Shown piece after piece: positions 24,681 through 38,317 of a stretch of DNA of 55,727 nt. A model generated the notes under the pieces. It did not search any database and had not been told where the DNA came from. It saw only the letters and a list, made by a program, of their open reading frames with translations. Position 1 is the stretch's first letter. Every line of letters begins with the position of its first letter. Made by a program: the position numbers and the translations under genes. Source of the DNA: Octopus bimaculoides (lineage: Eukaryota); NCBI RefSeq assembly GCF_001194135.2, contig NC_068981.1:56640291-56696017 (forward strand), read 5' to 3'.

Positions 24681-25443
24681 AGTCACAGATGTTTCTCTAT
24701 ATCTTTACCCTGATTTTCTGTTGGCATGTTTGAAAATCTCAAATACCAAACCCTATTGGGCTGTTTATAATAAAATTTATCAATTGTAAATATAGCTTTT
24801 TGTTTTCTTTAACATAATTGTATTAGATCAAAGTCTATAATGAAAAGTGATAACTTGAAGAGATAACCACAACTCATTGAAAAATATTTTCTTGTTAAAT
24901 AGCAACCTATAATGAAAAACGCTACAGAAAGTTTTGGTATTAGTAACTATTAAAGTAGTAAGGCTCTTCAACAATTTTCTTTAAAATTACAATTAGTACA
25001 ATGAATTAGTATAATAAATTATATGTATCACACATAAAGTATGATATATTGTATAATGATAAATCTGTATCGTAATTATATCATGATATATCGGTTAGTG
25101 AATTCGATTGATATTATAAAAGGTCATCACTCTAATCGTAATATCTATCTTTTTCTTTATATCAAATGCTTAGTTTGTAAAAACAAGTTGAGTTCAAGAT
25201 CACCAAAAAGAAAATAAAGTTTGAAGTTGTTAACTTTAAGTAATTTCAATTACCTAGGGATTGTCTTTCGAATTTTTTAAATAAATATCATAGCAATTCG
25301 CTCAAGTAGTTAAATAATTCTTAGTGCAGCAGAGACATGAAACTTATGTCATTTACAATAAATGATTCATCACTGAACTATTCGATGACTAAATGAATAA
25401 TGTAAAAAAAGTAACTGTCATGATTATGGAAACTGTATGCAAT

Positions 25444-25626
25444 TTTGGTATGAGGCCAATAGTTTTAGGGGGTAAAGGTTATTCGATTACAACACCTCCC
25501 AGTATATGGCTGGTAGTTTATTTTACCGACCCCCAGAAGACACAATGCAAAGTTGGTGGGTGGATTTAAACAAGAAGAAATGCTGCTAAGCATTTTGTAC
25601 GACGCACTAACGAGTCTGCCAGCTCA
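25444..25626 (-). mobile_element. tRNA-derived SINE (34.7-kb family), degenerate
   Basis: The reverse complement begins tgagctggcagactcgttagtgcgtcgtacaaaatgcttagcagcatttc and continues ggggtcggtaaaataaactaccag. Confidence 0.7.
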
Positions 25627-26129
25627 AACATAAAATATGTAGTAATGCTTATCTCCAGCTAAGATCTAAATATTACTAATAAACTGAAGTCGTAAACTGA
25701 ACTAGTTTGTTTATTTCTATATGTATATGTTTGGGAATTCTTCCTCCATATTTAATTCGTACATTATAAAGATATATACGTTGTAAATATTTCCATGGTA
25801 ACAATACTTTAAATTTTAAAGAAAATTGATTTTGAAGAGTTTATTGAATTTACTGACTATAGGTCTATGATATAGCAATCTTAAATGGTCTTATCGGTCT
25901 GAGTTAAAGACAGAGAACAATTTGAATGCTTTTGTGCAAAAAATATCTAATCTAATTTTCTGATCAAATAGTAGAATAAAGTTGGTCCTTGCCTACAAAT
26001 AAATCTAGTCTTAAATGGAATTTCTTTAGCTTGGAAATGAATATTTTTGCAAAGCGAATGTATGATCCAATTATCCGTTTGAATAACCTTGATATTTTAC
26101 TGTAAAAACTCGAGGATTTCGATAAATGA

Positions 26130-26780
26130 TTGCAGCATCATGCAGCAACGTACTACATAGAACAAATACTAAGGAAGCACATTTCAAGCAGCTGTTCAAT
26201 GAAACAATGGCGAACAGACTGTTCCGAATGCGTGTCTAACAGTAAGAGTCCCTCCATGCGTCAAACTGGTTGTATAGAAAACAGTGCTGAACCTTGCTCT
26301 TACCTATTACTGTAAAACATGGAAACTACAAAGGAGACACAGAACACAGTTCGAAATCTTCTACGCAAAAAGACTACGATAGATGTTAAGGAGCAAGTAG
26401 AAAGACAGAGTGACCAAGGATAAGACCCTGTTGCAAGTAAAGAAAGCCTGCATTGAATAGATGGTAATCAAAGTACAGCTGAAATAGGTGAAGCAACTTG
26501 CATGCATACGCCACGCCTGATTTACTAAGGTAATCATTTATTCCGAGTTTCATACAAGTGAGCGATGATACGGAGATCAAAAAAGGAGACACACGGTTAA
26601 ACGGTAAGAGATAAAATTCAAATTGTAAACTAGCGAAAGACTGCGTTGTCTGTACAAAACATGCAAGCACACTGACTACAAGTGACGAACTGCCGAAGTG
26701 CAGGGTATGCTGCTGAAAACCAGCAAGAACTACCAACCGCCTTGACTACCATCTATGCGTCCCACGCATGTGGTAGAACA
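26130..26780 (+). mobile_element. Possible very old Gypsy pol remnant (RNase H-integrase zinc-finger region)
   Basis: Repeat-free, higher-complexity stretch with scattered resemblance only (VTKDKTLLQVKK; KDCVVC). Many stops. Confidence 0.25.
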
Positions 26781-27662
26781 AGGATACCGAATCAGTTTAC
26801 ACGAGTATAAACGGGTTTGCTATCGAATGACTGTACCCAAAGGATCAATGCCAGAAATGATAGCCGGTTAAGAAATATGTTTAGGAATGTGTCTGTATAT
26901 ATGTGTAGACGTGTGAGTGTATGTGTGTATGTGTGTGTATATATATATATGTACATATATTTGTGTGTGAGTTGTGTGTATGTATACAATATGTATAGAT
27001 ATGTGTGTGGTTGTGTGTGTGTGTGNNNNNNNNNNNNNNNNNNNNNNNNNNNNNNNNNNNNNNNNNAGCGACAATGTGAAGAAGAGGGTGAGAGACAGAA
27101 AGATAGAGATAGGAGGAGAGGCAGAATAATGACATAGGTAACAAGAGACGGACATACATAAAGAAATGAAGTTATGCAAACGCACCCGCCTTTACAATTC
27201 AACAGTTCGGTGAAAAGAACAAGAAACTGAATTAAAGAGTGTGAAGACAAATGAAGAAAAAAATAAAGGAAGAGCAGCGTTGATGTACGAGCGTTTAGTT
27301 TCCAATGCTCTTTTAGAGTTAGATGTGTCTTGAAATGCTCTTATTAAAAGTGTTCCCAGTGTTATTTTTTCTTGTTCTTTTTTAACATTTTTTTTTCTTC
27401 TCTTCACTTGTTGCATATTTTCAAGAGCTTTTCCCCTAATTTATCCATCTATCGTTTTTCATTTTCATTTTCCAGCTTTCCTCCCTCTCCATTTCAGCTA
27501 CCTTGGCTATCTTATTATTTATAAGCACACAAGAGGCTTGAACTTTGAGCATTATGTGCTTTATAGACTGAAGATGGCTGCTGCACATTTGCTTCATTTA
27601 TAACAGAGCAATGTACCATCTTGGGAGAGAGAGACTTACTACATGCGAAATCTATGTGTGTG

Positions 27663-27704
<42 letters not shown>

Positions 27705-27916
27705 CATGTAAATATGCTTGTATGCATACATCTGCTTTTATATATATATACATATTTATATGTATGCATACACAAATATATACATACATATATATGTATA
27801 TATGTACACATACATGCATACATACACGTATATGTATGTATATATACATACATATATGTATATATATTCATATATATATATATATATATATATATGCATA
27901 TATTCACATATATATA

Positions 27917-28022
<106 letters not shown>

Positions 28023-28275
28023 TATGTTAATATATGTGTCTATGTGTCTATGTATGATTGTATGTATGCATATATGTGTGGTCTTTTTGTCCTTAATCTT
28101 AGAATTTTGCATTAACTTTTTGACTCATAGATTTTTACGATTCACCAAAGTAATACTGTTGCAGAAAATAGATGTTTATGCTTTTAGGATTTTTGCCAGT
28201 TTTTACCATTTCTATGCTTTTTTTTATTATTATTACCATGTATTATTATTGTTATTATTGTCGTAGTTGTTGTTG

Positions 28276-28321
<46 letters not shown>

Positions 28322-28861
28322 TTTTGTTGTTGATGTTATCCTGCTGAGTGCCAAGTTGGTCTGTAGAAAAGATGGTCGTTAATAACAGAAGCAAAACACC
28401 AAGTAAATTCCCTAACTTCACAAATATACAGATACAACTCAATGCTCACGCATACACAAATGCACACACACACACACACATATACAACATGCACATACAC
28501 ACACGCGCATACATAGAGTCATCCATAGATTCAATCATGTACAGGGACACTTATAAACGAGAAAACAGGATATCGTATATTGAAACAGAAGCATATGGAC
28601 ATTAAAAAGAAAGAAAAAGAAATGAAAATGATAAAGAATCACATATTCACAACTACCTTTACGTGCTTACACAATCTCTCACAAATACAAAAATGCTCAT
28701 CCATACACAAAGAAACATACTCAGAGGTAATTGTACACACAGTAATACGCACATACTACCGACACATAAAACATTGTTACGCCCTGACGTACATCGACTC
28801 AGGCTCACAGGTGAACATATGAAAGCAGTGACACATACACACATGGACGCATGTGGATGAA

Positions 28862-28934
<73 letters not shown>

Positions 28935-28963
28935 TTATATGTATATATGTATATGTGTATATA

Positions 28964-29010
<47 letters not shown>

Positions 29011-29241
29011 GCACATATGTTTATATATATACATGTATATATATGTATGTATGTATCTATATATATATATATTATATGTATACATACATACACACGTATA
29101 TATATGGTTATATGCATGTAAATATGCATACACACTGTCACATATACATATAATTTCGTAGAGACATATGTACATACTAACATATAAATACATACGTAAT
29201 ATATACATCCATCCACCCATCCATCCATCCATCCATCAATC

Positions 29242-29272
<31 letters not shown>

Positions 29273-29851
29273 TGTGACTGTCGGCTCGCTATCGAATGTG
29301 ACAGTCGTTTACCCTTTCCTCTTTACTTATTAGATTAGTTCCTCTCCGTTATGGCTCTTACGGTGAAGAAAACGTATACCAGTATGGCATCGCTTCATAT
29401 TTACCGACAGGAGTTGAATTGAGGATGCTAAGGCACAGGTTAGTGTATATCACAACTGCTGCCACCTACACTACACCTCCCGTGTAGTCCTATGATCCAG
29501 GATCTCATAAGCCACGACATTGCGAACGTAGTAGTAATTCACTGTCGGAAACCTACCAGATATTCCGACTACCGCAGAAGAAAAGTAGATCTTTTGTTGT
29601 CTGTTGATTCAAGAAGTTCGAGTAATTCCTAGTACTGCAAAAATTTGGATACAAAAATTACCAACGTATCAAATGTTCTAGTAACAAACGCTAGTGTGGT
29701 GTATGTACTGCCTCTAATTGTTTGAAGTTATTAAACAAGCAGCAGGTAAAAAAAGAATTTAAGAAAAAGAAAAAGGAATAGAGAAAGAACTATACCCAAA
29801 AGAAAGGTTTCATGTAAGCGTGTCCTTTTCCTGTGTGCATATACAAACATA

Positions 29852-29930
29852 GTGGGGGAGCAATGGCCCAGTGGTTAGAGCAGCGGACTCGCGGTCGTAG
29901 GATCGCGGTTTCGATTCCCAGACCGGGATG
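29852..29930 (+). mobile_element. tRNA-like SINE head (same family as 14807-15191), truncated after the head
   Basis: A box TGGCCCAGTGG at 29864-29874 and B-box-like GGTTTCGATTCCC at 29907-29919. CpGs that have decayed in the 15-kb copy are retained here. Confidence 0.85.
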
Positions 29931-29940
29931 TTATGACTAA

Positions 29941-30441
29941 TTTAACACCAGGCAGATCTCCCACCAGCTGGTTATAGGTGCAGCCTGCACCCTGTAACAT
30001 ATATATTGCCAATAGGGGAGTGAACCCCGACCAACCTCTAGCAGACGAAAGCATCGCGAGACCGATTCGGTTTCGAGCTAGTTTGCCTCTGTCGCGAACA
30101 CCTAATGCCAGAGAGATGGCCAGAATCTGCTCCTGCAAGCAATACACAGTAAACAAAGCGATCATCGGTCACTGATTTGCAGGCTACTTTGCTTGTTGCA
30201 AATCAGTGACCGATGGTTGCTTTGTTTACTATACATTGCTTGCTGGAACGGACTCTGGCCATCTCTGGCGGCCAGGTGATCACGACTGAGGATGAGTAAA
30301 TTAGCACGAAACTGAATCGAACTAGCGATGCTGTCGTCTGCTGAAAGACGGTGTGCGTTCGCTCCCCTGCTGACAATCCATATGTTACAGGGTACAGGCT
30401 GCACTTATAACCAGCTGGTGGAAGATCTGCTTGGGACTAAA
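29941..30441. mobile_element. ~500-bp foldback element (arms ~240 bp, 15-nt loop at 30182-30196)
   Basis: gcagatctcccaccagctggttataggtgcagcctgcaccctgtaacatat...catcggtcactgatttgca pairs with tgcaaatcagtgaccgatg...atatgttacagggtacaggctgcacttataaccagctggtggaagatctgc. Confidence 0.9.
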
Positions 30442-30585
30442 CTACTAGTAATATTGAACAGCCATATTGAAGTGGTAATTAACTTTACTCATCTATATAT
30501 ATATATATACATATATATTGTTCGATTTCGGATTCGGAATGGTCATTTTATTTATTTATTTATCTATTTTTCCAAATTAATAAAC

Positions 30586-30657
<72 letters not shown>

Positions 30658-32459
30658 TATGTTATAATACTATTCCACAACCATACCAACAATCCAACAT
30701 ACCTCCATCATCAGCTGCCCCACAGATATCATTATGGTTTTGACAGTTGGGCAGTACCATTGAATCCGGTGGTATCAACAGCACCAAAATAAGTGTTGTT
30801 TGGGAACAAACAAACCAAAGAAACCACAACTTTCAAACACATTTACCCAGTGTACAACTGTATCGATAAATAAATTCCGTGAGTAAATTACAACCCCTCC
30901 TAAATACATAACTAAATAGCGACAACTCTATTAAGTCAGAAAAATTTAATCCCTACCGTCTTCCGTAGTGTAATATAAAAGTAAAGCTTAATAGCCGCAT
31001 TATTTCAATCAATCAATATATAGGCAGGATTAAACACTAACCTTACTAAAACTGCAACAATAGACATTTAAACCAATGTACATTGTATTGGTATTAATAG
31101 TAAGCTGCAATAACTAAATTATATGCTAAACTGCGATCCATTTTTAAGTTCATATAAATAATAATCCAACCGTTCTTCCATAGATATACTATAATGAAAG
31201 TTCAAACTTTATAAAATTTTTTCCAAAACAAAAATTAATTTAATATTTTTATGAGTGAAATACATTATTTCCTCATTCAAAGGTTAATAATAAAACACTA
31301 CATACTCATTAATATATCACCACTACAAGTTATAATATTAAATTACCAGTGACTAATAGGAACTAATAAAAGTACTTATAATAAACTAATATTATAAACC
31401 TTGCAATGTTTAAAGCTAATTAAACTGTTTAAAAGACAATAAAACTGTTTAAAAGACAATTAAAAGACAATAAGACTACAAGTATTAACACATGTTTTAT
31501 CAGACACCCAGTTCCCTCACCAATAATTTAAAGAGCAACTAAATATTGATGATGTAGTGCGTAATTACCACTTACTCAATTGTCTCAATACCGGTGACGT
31601 AGTAAGCAAATAAAAGAAAGAATTTTACTATTGAACCATGGTAGGATGGGCTATGCATGTACGTAAACAACATAAAAAGAAGGAAAGTCACCAACAAAAG
31701 CTTATAATAATTGATATATATATATGAATGATATTCGTGAGACAAACTCTCAGCTTCTATTTTAATTAAAAATAAAACTATATATTTTTCAACATGTATT
31801 GAGCACTCATTTTCCCATTCATTCCACATTAAATAACGTACGTATATNNNNNNNNNNNNNNNNNNNNNNNNNNNNNNNNNNNNNNNNNNNNNNNNNNNNN
31901 NNNNNNNNNNNNNNNNNNNNNNNNNNNNNNNNNNNNNNNNNNNNNNNNNNNNNNNNNNNNNNNNNNNNNNNNNNNNNNNNATTTCATTCAACCACGGCAG
32001 TGGTTGAATATATTCTTAGATCCACCATTTCGTCAATCGCAGCAGCTTCCAAGCTTCACCACTAATTCAGTTCTCAACTAAATTGCGAACTGTTAATTGT
32101 TTTAAAGGAGGACACTTCCTCAGCTACACGTTGGCATAAATAGTTTGAGATTTGGTTCAGTAGAAAAAAAGTTACAAGAAAATATCTACGACCTCAAGGG
32201 GGTCAGTAAAGCAGATATTCATCTTCATTCAACATAAATTTTTTTATTTCAAATTAAAAGTATACTTTTCTTAGACTTAAATGATAGAAAAATGCATGAG
32301 GAATTCAGAATCTCTCGTCGCATTGAACAGAAATTTGTAGAAAATGAGTTATGAGGTAAAATGTTACGAAATTTAATGTCCGTAAGTAAGAAAGTAAGGG
32401 AGTAACGCTTCAACAATAAGAATAAAGAATATATTTCTAAAGCGAATGCTTATATTCTA

Positions 32460-32910
32460 AGGCGGCGAGGTGGCAGAAACGTCACTGCACTGGTTGAATC
32501 ATAAACACGCCGGTCGAAATGCTCTTCGGCATATCTTGTCTTTACGTTTTTGAGTTCAAATTTCTACGAGGTCGACTTTGACGTACAGATTATTTATTTT
32601 AACTAAACACTTTCAAACTACCGATACTGGTAGAATATGTCACATAGAACAGGGTTTATTCTTAACGTTTTTGACAAAATTTTGTATTTTAGAAGCGGTA
32701 TTTCGTCTCTCTTTACGTTCTAAGTTCAAGTTCTGCGAGGTCGAGTTTGCCTTTCATCTATTTTGGATCTATTCAATTAGACGTACAGATTATTTAACTT
32801 TTTTTTTTTAACTAAACACTTTCAGACTTCCGATACTGGTAGAATGTGTCACATAGAACAGAGTTTACTCTTAACGTTTTTGACAAAATTTTGTTTTTGA
32901 GAAGTTATTC
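32460..32910 (+). mobile_element. SINE fragment fused to a DNA-transposon subterminal fragment, tandemly duplicated (32541-32700 and 32712-32910)
   Basis: Both units read tttacgtt..gagttcaa...gaggtcga.tttg / acgtacagattattt...taactaaacactttca.act..cgatactggtagaat.tgtcacatagaacag. The second half matches the reverse complement of ~8490-8560. Confidence 0.75.
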
Positions 32911-32949
32911 CGTCAGAAGTTACAGTGACAATGGATCAAATTCGTGTTT

Positions 32950-33227
32950 GATAAGTGCCAATACACGAAACTCTCGGTTTTTGATTTACTCTCTAACTTC
33001 TGCCAATGATATAACATCTCATCACGCAATCAAACCAATGAAAGAGCCTCTACCTGGTCGTTCGACACGCTAAAAATAGCAGCCAAAATATCCCCTACCT
33101 AAATCACACGCCCATTGTATGTAATGTCCTAGATTATCCCTAAAAAGACGGTTTGCTGAAGGCTGGAATGTCTTTGATGATACGTTTACAGTATCAGGGT
33201 TTATTTGAGGCTAAATAACAACAACAT
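32950..33227 (+). mobile_element. SINE 3' region with a ggctaaa(caa)n tail
   Basis: Contains aaatagcagccaaaatatccc...aaatcacac...ggctggaatgtctttgat...ggctaaataacaacaac. Inverted fragments of the same tail lie at ~44170-44260 and ~50675-50830. Confidence 0.55.
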
Positions 33228-34561
33228 TATGGTCAATTTCTATATGAACACCCGCACGATTTTCACTAAGAAAAGAGAAAATTTGATTTTTTGGCGTGGA
33301 ATCAAGTACCCTGACCTCCTAATATGCTGCAAATCCCTTATTTTGGTTCTGAAAAAATGAGGTGGGGTCCCCCCCCCCCAATCCCAGAATCATTGGAATT
33401 TTTTTTTTCGTTGAATGAATTCCTGTGACCTTCTAATATTGCAAAATTAGGTTACTTGAGGTGAGCCTGGTAACTGATGGTTGGGGTCTTGTGTGTAACT
33501 TTTGGTGAGACATGGTGCAACCAACAACATAGTAAAAGTCCCTGCCATTATTTTGGTGTGGATGGGTAATATCAAATAATTCAATCACTACATATATTTA
33601 AATTAAACACGAAAAAATTTGAAATATCATCACTTACATGGAAAAATATTATCTTTCAGTAGTTTATAAGGTAAAATCTTAAATTATTAATTAACACATT
33701 ATTAATTATGTTATAACAGCAATGCCTGGAAAAATCATGGATTACATGGAAAAATGCGAGCATGAAAAGTCGTATTCTTAAGATTATAACAATGGAAAAG
33801 TACAGGACAAGTTATTACACCTGCAAAAGTATAGGACAAGCTATTACTTCCAATAAAGTAAAGAATAAGAAACTTTTTACTTAAAATATTGCAGCAAAGA
33901 ATGCCAGTTCTTCTAATTTATCACTCTTTACAGTTCTCATCTTTTTAATTTATTGTACAAAACTGTTCAGCTAATTTGTAAGTTTGTCTAATTAGTCACT
34001 TTTTTCTGTATTTAAGGTAGTAAATTAGCCAAATTCTACTTAAATAAGTATAGTGTTATTTGTAAACTATAATAAAATAAGTTTTAATGTTCCAATTTTA
34101 ATTTTNNNNNNNNNNNNNNNNNNNNNNNNNNNNNNNNNNNNNNNNNNNNNNNNNNNNNNNNNNNNNNNNNNNNNNNNNNNNNNNNNNNNNNNNNNNNNNN
34201 NNNNNNNNNNNNNNNNNNNNNNNNNNNNNNNNNNNNNNNNNNNNNNNNNNNNNNNNNNNNNNNNNNNNNNNNNNNNNNNNNNNNNNNNNNNNNNNNNNNN
34301 NNNNNNNNNNNNNNNNNNNNNNNNNNNNNNNNNNNNNNNNNNNNNNNNNNNNNNNNNNNNNNNNNNNNNNNNNNNNNNNNNNNNNNNNNNNNNNNNNNNN
34401 NNNNNNNNNNNNNNNNNNNNNNNNNNNNNNNNNNNNNNNNNNNNNNNNNNNNNNNNNNNNNNNNNNNNNNNNNNNNNNNNNNNNNNNNNNNNNNNNNNNN
34501 NNNNNNNNNNNNNNNNNNNNNNNNNNNNNNNNNNNNNNNNNNNNNNNNNNNNNNNNNNNNN

Positions 34562-34596
<35 letters not shown>

Positions 34597-34686
34597 TATT
34601 ATACGTTCCTGACCATCAGAATGGATACAATGTACATCGTGTCAAGTTTGATCATCAGAAATATAAACTTCTATAAATATAAACAA

Positions 34687-34880
34687 GGCGGTGAGTTGGC
34701 AGAAACGTTAGCGGTAGTTTGTCTGCCGTTACGTTCTGAGTTCAAATTCCGCGGAGGTCGACTTTGCCTTTCATCCTTTCGGGGTCGATTAAATAAGTAC
34801 CAGTTACGCACTGGGGTCGATATAATCGATTTAATCCGTTTGTCTGTGTGTAGCCCCTTGTGGGTAGTAAAGAAATAAGA
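34687..34880 (+). mobile_element. Well-preserved tRNA-derived SINE
   Basis: Reads ggcggtgagttggcagaaacgttagc...GAGTTCAAATTCC...gtcgactttgcctttcatcctttcggggtcg...gtaccagttacgcactggggtcg...aagaaataa. The 14-mer gaaatataaacttc at 34658-34671 and 34879-34892 is a likely TSD. Confidence 0.88.
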
Positions 34881-35335
34881 AATATAAACTTCGAATAACC
34901 ACATTTGAACGGCCAGTTGTATTAAACGTGAGCAACTCTTGCCTTGCCTGCCTACGTACACTATAAACACAGAGATACACATGGATGGGGTATGAGTGTA
35001 CGTAAACAACATAAAAAGAAGGAAAGTCACCAACAAAGGTTTATAACAATACATTCAATGTTGAGGTTATTTTATTTTTGCCAATTTTATTACTATTATT
35101 GTTACTACTATTGTCGTTGGTACCGAGTCGCGATTGACCTGAGATATTATTTGATATTGTCATACAGTTCAGTGGGTGTAGAGATGTGTGGTTTAGCATC
35201 CCTAGAGGTAACTTTTCCTAGTTCATGTTATTTTGTACCCCATCGCTCTGTGATCAAATGCTTTCCAGCTGAGACCATTCCATCTTATTTTGAGAAATAT
35301 TTTATCTAATATTTTACCGGAATATNNNNNNNNNN

Positions 35336-35368
<33 letters not shown>

Positions 35369-35530
35369 CAAACATACATACAAGCATACATACATACATA
35401 TATACATGTATGTGTATATTGGTATGTATACATACATATCCATATGTATATATATACATGCATATACATATATATATATATACATGCATATAAATATAAA
35501 TACATATATGTATACAATTGTGTGTGCGTA

Positions 35531-35568
<38 letters not shown>

Positions 35569-36329
35569 TATGTGCATGTGTGTATGTAGCTGATTATGTG
35601 TATCTAATCATAACAGTGCATAGACATGACATGTTGCAGCAAGATAATACTTCAGTAAGGTAACACAAGAACCAATGAATTCACACATTAAAGCTGCCCC
35701 TCTATCCTTATATCCCCTTTGAAAGAGAAGGGCGTCACAGAGATATATAATCGATTGATTACTAGAATATCCTTGATCGGACATAAGGTTCCACAAGAGA
35801 AGTGAAAGATGGATAACCATTATCACACTAAAGATTAAAATTCTGAAAGGAGATCAAAGACGAATTCGATGAGACATACTTTCTATCGCTTATTTGCTGT
35901 GATCCTACTTTGAAGGATCAACATTTATGCTAATATTTATCTCTTTCATATGATAAATCATTGGCATTTATTGATAAAATCCCCAGGTATAGGTTTAGTA
36001 TTTGTTCCTATGAGAGGAAGCACTTTACAAGATGGATGTTACATGATACACATTATAATTTGTGGTTTTATTTCATCAAAATCAGTTAGATGAGATGGTT
36101 TACCTCTCTCACTTGCAATGTTTTCTTCAATATTTGACTCTGAAACTTTTCAGTCAGAAATATGACATAGGTTAATGCAAAGACGCCGATGTTTGTTAGG
36201 GAGAGATATATTACTGGCATTTAAAAATTATAAGGCAACGGGATTTGAATTCAGATCCGAGAGGACTGAAACTAAATACCTTTAGTTTAGTAGTATAATT
36301 TTACTTTATTCTTCTCCATGAATTTCATA

Positions 36330-37420
36330 CCATTCCCAATAGCTTTACAAGCTTGAGAGAAGGAAAGAAAAACACGTTGCGGTTTCAGACACTTTATTTC
36401 ACCAAAATATTAAAAGTACCCTGTATACAATATTCTAGTTAACCTGTGTTTATGAAATCACTCTCCAGTCACGTAAGTTTCTTCCAAAAATCCTCTATTC
36501 ATCTGTTTTCTATAGTCAGTTGTAAAAATATCATTTCCTCAATTTGTCTCCCCGAATTAATAGAGTTGTTATTGCGTCTTGCGGGTATTTGTTCTAACTG
36601 ATTGCAATAATTTCAAACTTTGTCAAAGCAAATGTCAGCCCACTACGATGTCTTGTTGGAATTGTTAGTGTGTCGGATAACATGCCCTGAAATTTCTGTT
36701 CCGGCTCTTTGTTTTTTGACATGTCCAAGCCTTTCCTTTGAACAGTATCATTGGTGTGACTTTCACAAGCAAAAATGCCTTAGAAAGTCTGCTCTTTGGA
36801 AAGAAATGCAGATCCATAGTCTCTCAAGATATGCGGGCCCTTTTTCCTCCGAAATTATTTCTAAACGGCATTATAGATGAAATGAGATAACGAAAAAATA
36901 TGCCGGCATACGCATTTTCCTTTAAATACTATTCCTATACAAAGCTTCATTCATAAAAATGTAATTTAGTGTTGTATTGCAAACTGACTGATTGCTTTCT
37001 GTGAAATATAAACGGTCAAGTGATGATGCTCCTGCAGTTGTTATAATATCATAATAAAGATTTCGTTTACCCAAACCTCTCGTAATATTCAATCCTAATC
37101 TTCTCTATAACATCTCTATCCACTACTGACAAGTCAGCCTCACTTAAAACAGCGGTTGAATGATTTTCACAAAAGTCCGTTTCATTTAAGTACATAATTC
37201 CTTTAAGTCATATCAATTCTTGTAAGCAATTCATACAAAAAGTATAAAAGATTGTTGCACAAAGAATGTACTTTACATATTTTTACATAGTTACGTAATC
37301 TATTCGGAAACAGAGAAAGCAATTGCATCTCTTGCAAACTTGTAAGAAGAAGCCTATTGATGCCCAAATTATATAATCGGCATCGATTGAGCTCAACACA
37401 ACAAATTGACGGATATTCGT
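36330..37420 (-). mobile_element. Probable Kolobok-type transposase pseudogene remnant
   Basis: Across frameshifts the minus strand gives, in the expected order: GFFLQVCKRC, EIISEEKG / ILRDYGSAFLS (cf. YLGDGDS), ERLGHVKKQ (cf. ECVGHVQKR), DKV*NY / IAI, LEYCIQGT.N (cf. LEKCLHG.TQN). Recognised from memory of the family only. Confidence 0.45.
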
Positions 37421-37999
37421 TTAATTGTGGTGGCTGCTCTGCTAACACTGATGAGCTGTAATAAAACATTCTACTAATGAACTGAGATTATAAAAGTTTG
37501 TCTTCGACATGGCTTCAACTCGACAACACTGATGGGGTAAAAACCAATGTCCCTTTCACTCGAAGACCAACACTACAGCAAGTCGTATCATCTCATTAAT
37601 TTAATTTCTCACACGTATTTAAAACCTTCGTATTCATCTATAAGATCATTAGATCCTCAATACAACACAGCGATAAGCAAAATGATGATACCATAGGTTT
37701 CTTTTAATCCACAGCAGCATCACTAGTAGCAGTAACGGTAGTGGTAGTGACAGCAGCAGCAATTGTGATAGTAGTGGTGGTGGTGGTGTTTAACCTCGTT
37801 CATATTTTACTGAACAGACCACTGCTTTTTTTTCTTTCTAGTACAGTACACTTTGCACTGTAGTCTGTTCTTTTGCTTTAAAACGATAGGGCTTCGTTTG
37901 ATATAGATTTTGGTTGCTAAGTGTAGCAAATCGAGTGACTATGTATAAGCTATCCAGAGTCAATGAGCTCGGATTTCCTTCATTGATACGTATTTTATC

Positions 38000-38239
38000 T
38001 TTTTCTTTTACTTGTTTCAGTCATTGGACTGCGACCATGCTGTGGTACCGCATGGAAGGGTTTTAGTCGTTGAAATCGGCATGTTTTTTTTACGTCTGGT
38101 ACCTACTCTATAGGAACTTTTTCCAAGCAACTAAGCCGCTAAGTTACGAGGACGTAAATAAACCAACACCAGCTGTCAAGCGGTGAGGCAGGGGTGGTTC
38201 ACAAAAGCACACTGACACACAAAAGCACACTGACACACA

Positions 38240-38277
<38 letters not shown>

Positions 38278-38286
38278 ACACACACA

Positions 38287-38317
<31 letters not shown>

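Noticed and set aside
29852-29930. tRNA gene
   Set aside because: It has A/B boxes but I could not build a cloverleaf with an acceptor stem. The same head starts the TSD-flanked SINE at 14807-15191, so it is SINE-derived.
31421-31475. Short tandem duplication (aaactgtttaaaagacaat x2)
   Set aside because: Ordinary slippage duplication with no further structure.
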